64,000 nucleotides of DNA, from the NCBI RefSeq assembly GCF_009914755.1, contig NC_060943.1; one strand, written 5' to 3'. Every line of letters begins with the position of its first letter. Position 1 is the stretch's first letter. This DNA comes from the human T2T-CHM13v2.0 reference genome, Homo sapiens. A program made the position numbers and the translations under genes. Shown piece after piece: positions 1 through 17,676 of this stretch. Under the pieces are notes generated by a model. It had not been told where the DNA came from, searched no databases, and saw nothing but the letters and a program-made list of their open reading frames with translations.

Positions 1-1535
1 CCAAAGTGCTGGAATTACAGGCCTGAGCCACTGCACCCAGCCAGATTTGACCTAGATTCTAAGAGGCTTCCTCTGCCTGCAGAATGGAGGACAGAGTGAG
101 AGTTAGGGAAGAACCAAGGATACCTGGGTGATAATTCCTGCCACAGTCCAGTGGAGGTTGGTGGTGGCTGGACACGAGTGGCGGCTGTGGAGGTGGGAGG
201 GGTGGGTGGCTTCTGTAGGTTTTGATCTAGAGCTGCTCACATTTTTTGATGTACAGAGCGAGGAAGCTCGGGAGGTAGGATGCAAGAGGGAGTCAGGAAT
301 GGCCCCATTGTTTTGGCCTTGTTGAGAAGGTTGGATGTTCCAGCAACTAAGATGTGGTAAATTTTGTAGTAGGGGGAGTTTAATAGAGCATATGAAGAAC
401 GAGGTTTGGGCTAAGTCAAAAATGTTCCAGAGACTCGAGTAGAGGTGCCAGACTGGCAGTTGAACACACAGGAATGGAGTTCAATGGAGGTGTTCAGGAT
501 GGAGACATCTACTATATGATAGCCAGCGTGTACACCATGGTAAATCTGTGGGTCAGATTTAGGAATAGACATCTTTAGATTCTGGAGGCAATGCTGTTAG
601 GGAGAAGGAAGGGGAAGGAAGGGGCTGAGGACTGGATCTTTCTGTTGGGCACCTGGATGGGGTTGCTGGGCATCACAAAGACAGATGAGGGAGTGGATGG
701 ACTGAGGATATGTGTGTGTGTATTTGTGTGTTTATGTTGGAGATGGCCTTTGGAAAATAAAGGCTTTTGAGGGGGAGAGTGCACATAAAAGTTGGATGGT
801 GAGGCATCTCCACAAAAGAGGTGAGATGATAGTGAGGTCTGGGAGGGGCTTAGTACCCTATTATGGACTCAACAGGGTTTTGTGGCAAATATTGGTTGTA
901 CCTGGGTAGTTTCACGCGAACTCTGAGACTATTTTGGCAGAAGATGGGATCATCTAGAAGCATTGCTAGTCCTGGGGTGGGGATGGTGTTGGGGAGGTCA
1001 GTGTATCTGGGCTTTGGATTAGAGTTGGGGGATAGAGAAAGTCGTGACTGCTTATGGGACAACATATACATGTAGAAGGGGGAGACAGCCAAGATCTGGA
1101 ACTCAAAGGAGGTGTGCAAGAATATGTGGGTTTGGAAAGCTGAGGTCAAAGAAAGAAACAGGATTGGGTTGGGAGACGTTCAAAGCAATGTTTCCTAAAC
1201 ATTGCATTCTGGTCATTCTAGGGGCAAATACGATTCTGGTTGCATTTGTCATGCACTGCAGGATTTCATGTGCAGAGTGGCATGGTAACACGCCATGGAA
1301 ATACTCCCAGTTGGGCTGTGGTGGTTGTTAGTGTTGCCAAGAGTGGAGGTGTTGGATACATGAGGGAGGTGCCATCCAAAGCCTGAGTGGAGGAGCATGA
1401 ATAGATGGTTCCACCTCTGGCACTGGGCACTTAAGGGAGGAGGGTGAGTCCAAGTTTGGTTATCTGAGAGGCAAGATCTGGGTGACTCTAGGGAAATTGA
1501 GTGACAAAAGAAAGGTAGGCCCCCATGTGCCAGGT

Positions 1536-1840
1536 GTTTTTTTTGTTTTGTTTTGTTTTTTGAGATGGAGTCTAGCTCTGTTGCCCAGGATGGAGTGCAG
1601 TGGCGCGATCTCGGCTCACTGCAACCTCTGCCTCCCAGGTTCAAGCAGTACTCTGCCTCAGCCTCCCGAGTAGCTGGGATTACAGGTGCCTGCCACCATG
1701 CCCGGCTAATTTTTGTATTTTTAGTAGAGATGGGGTTTTACTATCTTGGCCAGGCAGGTCTTGAACTCCTAACCTTGTGATCTACCTGCCTCAGCCTCCC
1801 AAAGTGCTGGGATTAGAGGCATGAGCCACCATGCCCGGCC
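1536..1840 (-). mobile_element. Alu
   Basis: Full dimer; TSD atgtgccaggt. Confidence 0.95.
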
Positions 1841-2599
1841 ATGTGCCAGGTTTTGATGGCGCTTTTCAGTCTCTTTCCCCCACCCATCTTTGTTCTATAC
1901 TGGAGTCAGTGATCAGTGGCAATGAGGGGAGAGCAGGTACAGGTGCCATGAAGACCTAGTGTCTCTTCCTCCTTCAGAAGTGGGTGGAGGCTAGCAGGGT
2001 GTGGATGTGTGTGGGTGTGGTGAGGAGCACTGAAGGTCCTGGAGAGGGAAGTGTATCAGTGATTGTACCCACAGGATTTCAATCTGTGAACAAGAGTGAG
2101 TGATTACAGAAAAGCCAATGACATTGAAATAATTTTTTTTTTCAATTGGTGAGAAATCATACCTGGATGAAATGATTTTTATTCCTTTCATTTCCTGAGT
2201 GCAGGGAGCATGCCACATCACATAAAGCCACAGAGGAAATAGCGGATTTGGTCAGGTGGCAGATGCACAGTTGAAGGGAGAGCATATATCAGTGGCTTTA
2301 TTGGGGTTTTGGCTGGAAAGGCATGCAGGGGAGAGTGAAGAGCTTAAGACTGGGTAGTTTGCATGATTTTGGCAGCCTTGGGGTATAGGGACTATCCCTC
2401 CTTTTGTGGTACAAGCCTTGTGTTGATTTAGGGCAGGAGAAAGAATCATGTGTGATTGTTAGATAGGAGGCAGTTCAGTCTATGGGATCTGGATTATAAG
2501 AGAAATGTTAAAATGCTGGTTGTTATTTTGGTCCTCTAATTCTTAGATTTCAAGTAGATAAATACAGATCTAAGGAAACAGAATAAGAAGTTGCTCATG

Positions 2600-2914
<315 letters not shown>

Positions 2915-2944
2915 TCACAGACTAAACTGTTATAATTTTGGCAG

Positions 2945-3071
2945 GATTATATGGTTTTTGAGGACGTGGCCATACATTTCTCCCAGGAGGAGTGGGGAAT
3001 TCTTAATGACGTTCAGAGACACCTGCACAGCGATGTGATGCTGGAGAACTTTGCACTTTTGTCCTCAGTAG
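2945..3071 (+). CDS. ZNF17: ZNF17 KRAB-A exon (127 bp); first coding exon lies upstream of the window
   Basis: ttttggcag|GATTATATG ... GTAG|gtaagg; encodes [42 protein letters not shown]; typical 127-bp KRAB-A exon. Confidence 0.95.
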
Positions 3072-3590
3072 GTAAGGCCCTGACACCTACGTCAGTGTCT
3101 TGTGCTGGGCAATGTTTTTTCACTTTTTTCCTTGGCATCTCCGTCTCACACCAGGTCATGGATGCTGCATCCTCTCCTGGTTTCCTGGCATATGTGTTGT
3201 GGCAGCTACAGCTGGGCTGTGTGATCTGTATCAATTTTCCTTAAGAAGCTTAGCTCTTGTCACTCTGAAGCCTTATAAGGCTCAAAAGTCAGAAGTCCTC
3301 AGGTTTCTCAAGAATATCCTAATGACCTTGCCTGTCCCTGGTTAGTTTACTCTGTCCAAATGCATGACACTTTCTCTGTGCAAGGCTTTCTCCATTCTTC
3401 TTGCTGACATAGGGATACCCTGTGTCAGGAATTTCAGGGACCTACCTCGTCACTGCTTGTGAGGACTGTGGGCTTATTTCTGCAGGACTCTCCACTAGAA
3501 GTTCTGGTAACTTTAGAATACAGCATGTCCTGGGTTTATTGCTCTGTGTACATGCTGTTGACACCCTCCCTTTCCCTGTCTTTCCCCTAG

Positions 3591-3710
3591 CTTGGCTAAC
3601 GCCACACCTAGATAGTTGCTCACCTTGAGCAAGGTAGAGGTCCCTGGGTGCCTGACAGAGTGGACATTACTCCATTGAAGGCAAGAGATGCTCAAAAGGA
3701 CTTGGCCCTG
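3591..3710 (+). pseudogene. Fossil KRAB-B exon in ZNF17 intron
   Basis: ttcccctag|...ccctg|gtggat; one frame reads *IVAHLEQGRGPWVPDRVDITP, homologous to ZNF772 60063-60185. Confidence 0.75.
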
Positions 3711-3872
3711 GTGGATGGGAGCTCAGAAGGGGTGTGATGACAGGGCTGGGTTCACATCACACTGGGAATCAATCCAGTTTGATGCCCCTGCCAGTGGCCA
3801 CACCGCATGTCTCTCTTTTCTTCCCTATTGTGATCTCTCTTTTGACTTTCATCTCCTGGCTCCCACCTCTGA

Positions 3873-4544
<672 letters not shown>

Positions 4545-4667
4545 TAATGTCCCATGCCTGTCACCAATCCCATGGTCTTATTTGTGAGTTGGTCTGACAG
4601 ACATTTGTTATGGGGCTGCCTCTTCCCTCCAAAGTCATCATGCACTTCATGAGCATTTCTGTTTTAG

Positions 4668-6514
4668 GTTGTTGGCATGGAGCCAAGGATGAGGAGGCAC
4701 CTTCCAAGCAATGTGTTTCTGTAGGAGTGTCACAGGTCACAACTTTAAAGCCAGCTTTGTCCACCCAGAAGGCCCAGCCCTGTGAGACATGTAGCTCACT
4801 TCTGAAGGACATTCTACACCTGGCTGAGCATGACGGAACACACCCCAAGCGTACAGCCAAGCTTTACCTGCACCAAAAGGAGCATCTTAGAGAGAAGCTC
4901 ACCAGAAGTGATGAAGGGAGGCCTTCGTTTGTGAATGACAGTGTTCACCTGGCAAAGAGGAACCTCACATGCATGCAGGGTGGCAAGGATTTTACTGGTG
5001 ATTCAGATCTTCAACAACAGGCTCTTCACAGTGGGTGGAAGCCACACAGGGACACTCATGGTGTGGAGGCCTTTCAAAGTGGACAGAATAATTACAGCTG
5101 CACCCAATGTGGGAAAGACTTTTGCCACCAACATACACTGTTTGAGCACCAGAAAATCCACACAGAGGAAAGGCCTTATGAGTGCAGTGAATGTGGCAAA
5201 TTGTTTAGGTACAACTCCGACCTTATTAAACATCAGCGAAATCATACTGGAGAAAGGCCTTATAAGTGTAGTGAATGTGGAAAAGCCTTCAGCCTCAAAT
5301 ACAATGTTGTTCAACACCAGAAAATTCACACTGGAGAAAGGCCTTATGAGTGCAGTGAATGTGGGAAAGCTTTTCTTAGAAAGTCTCACCTACTTCAGCA
5401 CCAGAGGATTCACACCAGGCCAAGGCCTTATGTGTGTAGTGAATGTGGGAAGGCCTTCCTTACACAGGCTCACCTTGTTGGTCACCAGAAAATTCATACT
5501 GGAGAACGGCCTTATGGATGCAATGAATGTGGGAAATACTTTATGTACAGTTCAGCACTCATTAGACATCAGAAAGTTCACACTGGAGAAAGGCCTTTTT
5601 ATTGCTGTGAATGTGGGAAATTCTTTATGGACAGCTGCACACTCATTATTCACCAGAGAGTTCATACTGGAGAAAAACCTTATGAATGCAACGAATGTGG
5701 GAAATTCTTTAGATACCGTTCCACACTCATTAGACATCAGAAAGTTCACACTGGAGAAAAGCCTTATGAGTGTAGTGAATGTGGGAAGTTCTTTATGGAC
5801 ACTTCCACACTCATTATTCATCAGAGAGTTCATACTGGAGAAAAGCCTTATGAATGCAACAAATGTGGGAAATTCTTTAGGTATTGCTTCACACTGAATA
5901 GACATCAGAGAGTTCACTCTGGAGAGAGGCCTTATGAATGCAGTGAATGTGGCAAATTCTTTGTGGACAGCTGTACACTGAAGAGTCATCAGAGAGTTCA
6001 CACTGGAGAAAGACCTTTTGAATGCAGCATTTGTGGGAAATCCTTTAGATGTCGCTCCACACTTGATACACATCAGAGAATTCACACTGGTGAAAGGCCT
6101 TATGAGTGTAGTGAATGTGGGAAATTCTTTAGGCACAACTCAAATCATATTAGACATCGGAGAAATCACTTTGGAGAAAGGTCTTTTGAGTGCACTGAGT
6201 GTGGGAGAGTTTTTAGCCAAAATTCCCACCTCATTCGGCACCAAAAAGTTCACACTAGGGAAAGAACTTACAAATGCAGCAAATGTGGGAAATTTTTTAT
6301 GGACAGCTCCACACTCATTAGTCATGAGAGAGTTCATACTGGAGAAAAGCCTTATGAGTGCAGTGAATGTGGGAAAGTCTTTAGATACAACTCCAGCCTC
6401 ATTAAACATCGGAGAATTCACACTGGAGAGAGACCTTATCAGTGCAGTGAATGTGGAAGAGTCTTTAACCAAAATTCTCATCTCATTCAGCACCAGAAAG
6501 TTCACACCAGATAA
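4668..6514 (+). CDS. ZNF17: ZNF17 terminal exon: spacer plus 17 tandem C2H2 fingers
   Basis: gttttag|GTTGTTGG phase-1 acceptor; ORF 4610..6514; TGERPY linkers. Assuming a 15-nt first exon like ZNF749, the CDS is 662 aa, matching my recollection of ZNF17. Confidence 0.95.
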
Positions 6515-6589
6515 AGAATGTATATATAAAGCAGATGGGGAAAGACTTCACACAGAAATCTACTCTGATTTAGCACTGGGACCTACGTT

Positions 6590-6950
6590 TTAAAAAAAGT
6601 ATTCTTGTAGAATACAGATAACATAAAATCTAACATCTTAACCATGTTAAAGTGTATAGTTCAGTACTGTTAAGTCATTCACATTGTGCAATGAATATCT
6701 AGAAGTCTTTTCAACTTATGAAACTAAGTCTATACCTTTTAAAACCTTATTCCTCACTCCATCCAGCCTCTTGACAAGCACCGCTCTGTATGAATTTTAC
6801 TAGTCCGGGTACCTCATATAAGAAAACTTAAGTTTTGGTCTTCTTGTGGTTTATTTTGTGGCTTATTTTGCTTAACGTTATATTTTTAAGGTTTCATGTT
6901 CTAATCCATTAGAATTTCCATCCTTTTTAAAGGCTGAATAAAATTCTGTT
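6590..6950 (-). mobile_element. Old L1M 3' end, antisense, forming the ZNF17 3' UTR; continues after the Tigger3
   Basis: aacataaaatctaacatcttaaccat..aagtgtatagttcagta..ttaagtcattcacattgtgcaa. Confidence 0.7.
6937..6942 (+). terminator. Probable ZNF17 polyadenylation signal
   Basis: AATAAA about 420 nt after the stop, GT-rich sequence downstream, conserved in the ZNF749 copy. Confidence 0.55.
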
Positions 6951-8363
6951 AGTCATGTGTTGCTTAACAGTGGGGAAGTGTCCTGAGAAAAGTGTTATTA
7001 GGTGATTTTCTTTCTTTTTTTGGTGGTGGGGGGGTTGCGTGAATGCCTAGGCTGTATGGTATATCCTATAGCACCTTGCTACAAACTTGTATAGCATATT
7101 ACTGTACTGAATACTGTAGGCTGTTGGAACACATGGTAAGTAATTGTTTTTAAGTATATCTAAACAGAAAAGGTACAGTAAAAATACAGTATAAAAGAAA
7201 AAATGATAGACTCACAGAGAACTTACCATGAATGAAGCTTACAGTACTGCAAGTTGCTCTAGGTGAGTCAGTGAGTGGTAAGTGAATGTGAAGGCCTAGG
7301 TTGTTACTGTGCTGTAGACTTTATAGACATTGTGTACTTAGACGACAATACATTTTTATTTTTATTATTATTTTTGAGACAGAATCTTGCTCTGTTGCCC
7401 AGACTAGAGTGCAGTGGTGCAATCTTGGCTTCCTGCAACCTCCTCCACCTCCTGGTTCAAGCAGTTCTGCCTCAGCTTCCCAAGTGTCTGGGATTACAGG
7501 CATGCACCACCATGCCCCGCTAATTTTTGTATTTTTAGTAGAGAACGGGGTCTTACCATGTTGGCCAGGCTGGTCTCAAACTCCCGACCTCAAGTGAGCC
7601 ACTCGCTTTGGCCTCCCAAAGTGCTGGGATTACAGGCATGAGCCACCGTGCCCGGCTGGACAAAATTAAATTTATAGAAATTTTTCTTTAATATATTAAC
7701 CTTAGCTGACCATTTTTTACTTTATAAGCTTGTATTTTTAAAAACTTTTTGACTTTTGTAATAATGTTTTGCTTAAAACATTGTACAACTGTACAAAAAT
7801 ATTTTTTATATCCTAACTTCTTAAATTTTTTTTGTTAAAAACTAAGATACACACATTTGTCTAGGCCGGCACAGGATCAGGATAATGTCATTTTATTCCA
7901 CCTTCACAACCTGTTCCAGAAGATCTTCTGGGACAGTAACACACATGGAGCTGTCATCTAAAATAACAATGCCTTTTTCTGGAATACCTCCTGAAGGACC
8001 TGCCCGAGGCTGTGTTACAGTTTGTGTGTATGTACACCTGTATATTTATAGACATACACACAACTCCATATATACTCTACTGTTGGAGAACACCTAATGA
8101 TAAAAAGTGTAGTATGCTAAGAACATAAGCTAGTAACTCGTAAGTTTTATCTACTGTACATTATTGTATATGTTATACTTCTATATGACTGGCCTCACAG
8201 TAGGTTTGTTTATACCAGCATCACCATGAATATGTGATTAATATATTGCCTTACTACTGCTATCATGTCATTAGGCAATAAGCATTTTTCAGCTTCATTG
8301 TAATTTTATGGAACCACTGTCATGAATGTGGCCCATTGTTGACTGAAAAGTGAGGTGCATGAT
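6951..8363 (+). mobile_element. Tigger3/GOLEM-family DNA transposon with nested Alu
   Basis: Begins agtcatgtgttgcttaac, ends gtgcatgatt; internal sequence resembles Tigger3b as I recall it. Confidence 0.75.
7355..7657 (-). mobile_element. Alu inside Tigger3
   Basis: Alu dimer consensus. Confidence 0.95.
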
Positions 8364-8481
8364 TATATATGTATGTGCCACTTTTCCTTTCATTAGTGGA
8401 CATTTGGGTTGTTTCCACTCAGCTGTTGTTAATAGCAGATGAGCATGAATGTACAAATGTTTCTTTGAGGCTGTGCTTTAA

Positions 8482-8823
<342 letters not shown>

Positions 8824-9452
8824 TAATTTTTTAAATTTCTGACTCACAATGTTCCCATTCTATGTTAATTCTGTTTTAAAATTTTTGAGGACTCTTCTAT
8901 AGCAGCTGCATCATTTTTTAATTTAACTTTATTATTAATTTTTTTTTTTAGTAGTTTTACTGGGTTGAGTTTTTTTTTTTTCTTTAGGGTTATTTGGTTT
9001 TGAGATGTAGGAGTTTTTTAGTATATGTGGGGACTTCAGAAAGTTTGTGGAAACATGAAAGTAAAGGATACAAAAAGAAAACAAGTTTTATTTCTCAACA
9101 TAAGCTCCATCAAGTTCAAGACAATTTTATAAGTGATGATACCAGGCATTTAGTCCATCCCTAAAGAAGTGAGGTTCCTGGGAATTTAACCTTGTCTATG
9201 CAATCTTTTTTAATATTAACTAAAGAAAAATGGGTGCCCTTTAAAGATTTTTTAAAAGTAGGAAACAAGAAGTCAGAAGGAGCCAAATCCGGACTGTAAG
9301 GTGGATGCCTTAGGGTTATCAGAATTCTTGTAAAGTTGCAGTTATTTGATGAGAGGAATGAGCAGGAGCATTGAAGTGAAGGACTCCTGGTGAAGCTTTC
9401 CCATGGGTTTTCTGCTAAAGCTTTAGCTAACTTTCTCAAAACACTCTCATTG

Positions 9453-9778
<326 letters not shown>

Positions 9779-10102
9779 TCAAAGAAATGCTTCAGCATCT
9801 TGATCCTACTTGTTTAACATTTACATTGAAGGTTCTGCTCTTGTCTGCAGCTGATCTGGATTCAGTGGCTTTGGCACCCATTGAGTGGAAAGTTCGCACA
9901 ACTTTAATTTTTCAGTCAGAATTGTGTAAGCTGAACCAATTCAGATGTCTGTGGTGTCAGTTACTGTTTCTGCTGTTAATCATCAGTCTTCTTCAATAAG
10001 GTCATGAGCAAGATGAATTTCTTCCTCGCAAATTGTTATTAATGGTTTGCCATTGTGGGCTGCGTGGTCAACATCATCTCATCTCTTCTTAAAACGTTAT
10101 CA

Positions 10103-10400
<298 letters not shown>

Positions 10401-10446
10401 TTATCAGTTTGTAAACTCTGATTTCTCTGGGTCATTGTGCCCATAA

Positions 10447-10748
<302 letters not shown>

Positions 10749-10952
10749 GGTTTTACCATTTTTAGAGCCAAGCTTTACTATATATTTGATATTTGTTCTT
10801 TCTTCAACCTTAGCTGAATTCACATTCCTCTGATAGAAGGTGTTTTCAAACTGATGCCGTTCTTAGTGCCTCAAACTAGATCCTGTTCATACTTGTTAGA
10901 ACAAGTTATTACAAATTCACTTTGGTGTAAAAAATTGAAATCCATACATAAT

Positions 10953-11246
<294 letters not shown>

Positions 11247-13439
11247 ATTTTTTCATAATATACATTTTTTTCTCATTTTTCATGAAACTTTTGAAGACCC
11301 CTCATATTCTAGATATTCCTTCTCAGATATGTGGTTTTCAAATACTTTCTCCCATTGAGTCTTTTTCCTTTTCACTCTGTCCATTATGTCCTTTTTTACA
11401 CAGGAATTTTGAATTTAAATGGAGTCTAATATATCTGTTTTATAAGTCTTTGATGCATTTGAGTTCATTTTAGCAACTTAATTCTTTTGCGTGTGGATAT
11501 CCAGTTTTTTTTTTTTAACATCAAAAGAATAATGTTTTTGCCTAGCATTAAGGCCCTTGGTAGAGGCTTGTCAGTTACAATTTTGGAGCAGCAGATTAAG
11601 TCCACACTCCCAACCATTTTCCTTATCAGGCTCTCAAACTCTGGGCCACAATATGTAAGACCCAATCACCCCAGGATCAGGAATCAGATATCTAGGGACA
11701 GCTTCTGTGCCCAGGAGCTTGTAAAATTATTCCATTGGTCAATGCACAGGGGTCCCTGAAAACCTAGCTAACCCCAATTTACATGGCACACACAAGCTGC
11801 CCCCTAAGCTCCAGCTTGCTGTTATCTTGGGTTCCCTCATAACTCTTGCAGCCCTGCCTATGTCCTTAGGTTTCAAGCTGTAAGTAGCAAAGTGGTCTAC
11901 ATTTTATGATTATCATTGTGACATGTCCTGACATCAGAAAAACACCTTTGTATGTTATTACTATACAACCAGCAGAATATTATGAGTGCAGCAAATGTTA
12001 GAAAGTATTCAGCCTAACTTCACTGAGCAAGAGTAAGTTCATCCTGGAGAAAGTCCTTAGGAATGCAGGCAATATACTTTTTTTCCTTTGTCAACAGGTC
12101 AAAAACAGCAAAGCTCTATCGAGCTTGTCTTACTCACCCTATTTTTTTGTTGCTCTGTTTTGTTTTAGGCTTTTAGCCTGAAGCCATGGTTTTGTTTCTG
12201 TCTCTAGTGGTAGGTGGACAAGAGGAATGAGATGAGAAAGGAGCTTTACTGGCCCAGCTAGAAACAAACTAAGAACCCATGACTGTATTCTTTCCCTTGG
12301 ATGACCCTGTGTTAGCTTGTTGAGGGAGATCTCAGCCTGAAATTGAATCTCACATCCAAACATCCACGCAAGGGAGATTTGTTGTAATTGTCAGATATAT
12401 GGTAAATTTTTGTGAATGATGTTGCACTTTCTGACCCTGCCTGGGGCCTTTCCAGAGTTAAGTTGCTGAAAGTGTGCATTACAGAAGACTCCTGCTATTA
12501 GCTGTCATGGTGCCACAATGTGCATCACCTTAGTCACCTTAAATTACTTAGAGAGTGATAAGGTCTGGACTTCTGGTTAAATGTTTTTAAAAAATGGGGG
12601 GTGGGGGGGTGGTGCATAGATTGCTGTGTTCTCTACCTTTATCTGGAATATTCAGTCATTTGTTCCCTTTGGGGGCCTCATTCCCAGTCCCCTGACTGGT
12701 TTGGGTGTGGACATCACCCAGCTTTGGACAGAGAACACACGCCAACTTCAGCTGGCAGCTTGTAGAGATTTCCTTTTTTCAGAGGTATTATTAGTTGTCT
12801 GATACTGATAATGTTGATGATAAATTTTCTACCTTCCAAGCTTCCCAACCCAGTCAATTTCCACCTAAGCATTGCTGTTTTCTTCTGATGATAAAGGTCA
12901 TATTGTTTAAGCTACATTTACTCTTGGGGTTCTCTTCACTGTGTGCTGCGGGTTGAGAACAAAATTAGGCTTTGCCAGAATGAAAAAGTGAATGGTTTTT
13001 GGGGCCTTCAACTTTTTGTGCTCTTGAAGAAATAAGAAGACAAAATAGCTTTCAATCCACATCAGGCCCAATTTGCATTGCTTCGGGAGTTCCTGGGAAA
13101 GTGACGGACTTCTATCCAAAATCGCGCCGTGAATTTGATTATTGGTAGTTCTACAGTCAGCTTGAGGGTTGTTGGTTTGACAGTTGTCAGAGCATGTTGC
13201 AGCTGTATGAGGTGGGTATCTGTACATATGGATGTCCCATATTCTCCAGCATTGCATAGGAATAGCTGGTGTCTAGATCCTGCCTCAGGAGCTATGTGTC
13301 CTGAATTTAAAAATCAGGTATGTTATATCCCTGGGGCATGTCAGACATACAACAACAGTGCATTAGTCCATTTTCCATTGCTTACAACAAAATACCTTAA
13401 ACTGGGTAATTTGTAAAGAAAATAAATTTCTTACTGTTG

Positions 13440-14840
<1,401 letters not shown>

Positions 14841-15152
14841 TGGCTGCATCATTTTACATTCTTATCAAAAGGCACATGTTTCTAATTTTTCCACATCCTT
14901 GACAACACTTGTTGTGTTCTTCTGTTTCTTTTAATTGTAGCTACTCTGTTCGAATGGATTTTGATTGAAAACATTTGAGGTATGGCTTTTAGGAGACTTG
15001 ATCTTAATTTCCTAGCCTTTTTGACCTATAGTTTTATTGTGGTTTATTGTGGAAAAAGGTGCCCTGTAGCTGCCTATCCAGGTCAGTCTAATCACCTTTC
15101 ATCATTCAGGATTTATCATCTGAGGTTCACACCAACATGTATACAAGTGGCA

Positions 15153-15508
15153 TGTCTTAGTCTGTTTTGTGCTTCTATAACAGAATACCACAGGCTGGGT
15201 AATTTACAAAGAAGAGACATTTATTGGCTCGTAGTTTGGAGGCTGGGAAGTCCAATACCAAGATACTAGCATCTGGTGAGGGCCTTCTCGCTGCATCATA
15301 ACATGACAGAAGCCATCAAATGGTAGAAGAGCAAAGAGACAGCAAGAGGGAATAAGAACCCATTCTTGCGATGATAGCATTAGTCCACCTATGAGGGTGG
15401 AGCCCTCATGATCTGAAGCCTCTTAAAGGTTCCACCTCTTAATATTGTTACAGTGGCAATTAGATTTCAGCATGAGTTTGGAGAAGACAAAGGTTTAAAC
15501 CATAACAT
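15153..15508. mobile_element. MaLR LTR (MST/MLT1A-like)
   Basis: tgtcttagtctgtttt..ataacagaataccacaggctgggtaattta ... aaaccataaca. Confidence 0.75.
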
Positions 15509-15697
15509 GGTGTAAGTCACATAACTCTGGGTCATATGCATATGAAAGAATTCGAAATTTCTCTATGAACACATGCTAGTCTTATTTGGGTTTAGAGAAA
15601 TCTTTAGTTGCAGCTGTTAATTCATCCTGGGTCCAAGGTTTACATCTGACAGTTGCCTACATACTTGGCTCTTGAAAGCATAGATCTTTAGAGGTAA

Positions 15698-16097
<400 letters not shown>

Positions 16098-16837
16098 TTA
16101 GAAGGGTAAAGGGGAAGTAGAAGAGTTAGATATAAGGCAGCAACTAGAGGAATAGGAGGGGGAGGATATTGCTTAAGTTTGCCAAATTGTTCAATGGCTT
16201 TATTCAAGGAAATTTTTACTGAAACAATTTTTTATTCAGAACCTTGGAGATTGTACAAATACGATTCATTCCAATAAAAAACTACTGCTTACTGGGCCTG
16301 AGAAATTTTGTTTTCTTTCTTTTCTAATGCATCTCTTAAATTAACAGTTTTTGTTTTCTTTTCAACTGAAATGTTCCTCCTAGTAGCCACTGAAGGCAAA
16401 AATTATCCGGGTGAAGTTATGCCACTTAGAAACCTAAACACTAGAATTGTGATTGTAATCAGAGTACATATAACATGCAGGAGACTTTCCTGGAAAGGAG
16501 ACGATTTCAATTTAGACGATCCAATAAGTGCTGGCACTGTCTGAGAGGAGTGTAATGATTATGTACCTTAGGCCTGGTTCTACAGCATGATAGGTGGCTA
16601 CTTCCCCACAAGAACACGACAATCTTCACACCTCAGCATGCAGAAAATCTGAGAATACTCTTTCTGAATGAATGCCTAATTCTCTGGACAAAAAAGAAAA
16701 AAAAAAAAGAAAAAGAAGATAAGAGAATCTTATCCCATTTTATCAGTGACCCAAAGCAAAGTCTGTCCAAATGGTCACCAGTCTGTTGAGAATCAGAAAA
16801 CCCTTGGTCTGTGATATTAGCTGAAACAAGTCACTAG

Positions 16838-17164
<327 letters not shown>

Positions 17165-17325
17165 TATGCTTGAGTTTTACCCTATTATTATCCTCTTCAT
17201 GACAATGCTTTAAGAAAGTACATCACTAAACTGTTACATATAAGATAGCAAAAAGAGATGAAAAGAAATGGTGTGATACTATCAAGGATGGCAATGTCAC
17301 GGGAGCCAATTAAAAAAAAAAAGGA

Positions 17326-17676
<351 letters not shown>

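Noticed and set aside
4935-5897. 320-aa alternative-frame ORF (VNVGK repeats) and similar ORFs at 29008, 30103 and 58246
   Set aside because: Expected shifted-frame shadow of C2H2 repeats; no independent evidence of translation.
5100-6500. Regular 84-bp periodic repeat resembling a CRISPR-like array
   Set aside because: Coding zinc-finger repeat in eukaryotic DNA.
5003-6505. Antisense ORFs ([13 protein letters not shown]) over the finger arrays, also 29022, 29895 and 58196
   Set aside because: Reverse-complement shadow of the 84-bp finger repeat.
12090-12309. Possible hAT-type MITE present only in the ZNF17 copy (ends cttggatgaccctg)
   Set aside because: Only one TIR-like end visible and family not identifiable by eye.
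16200-16830. Unique-looking sequence with splice-like sites between ZNF17 and ZNF749
   Set aside because: No recognisable protein or RNA homology; cannot be supported without a search.
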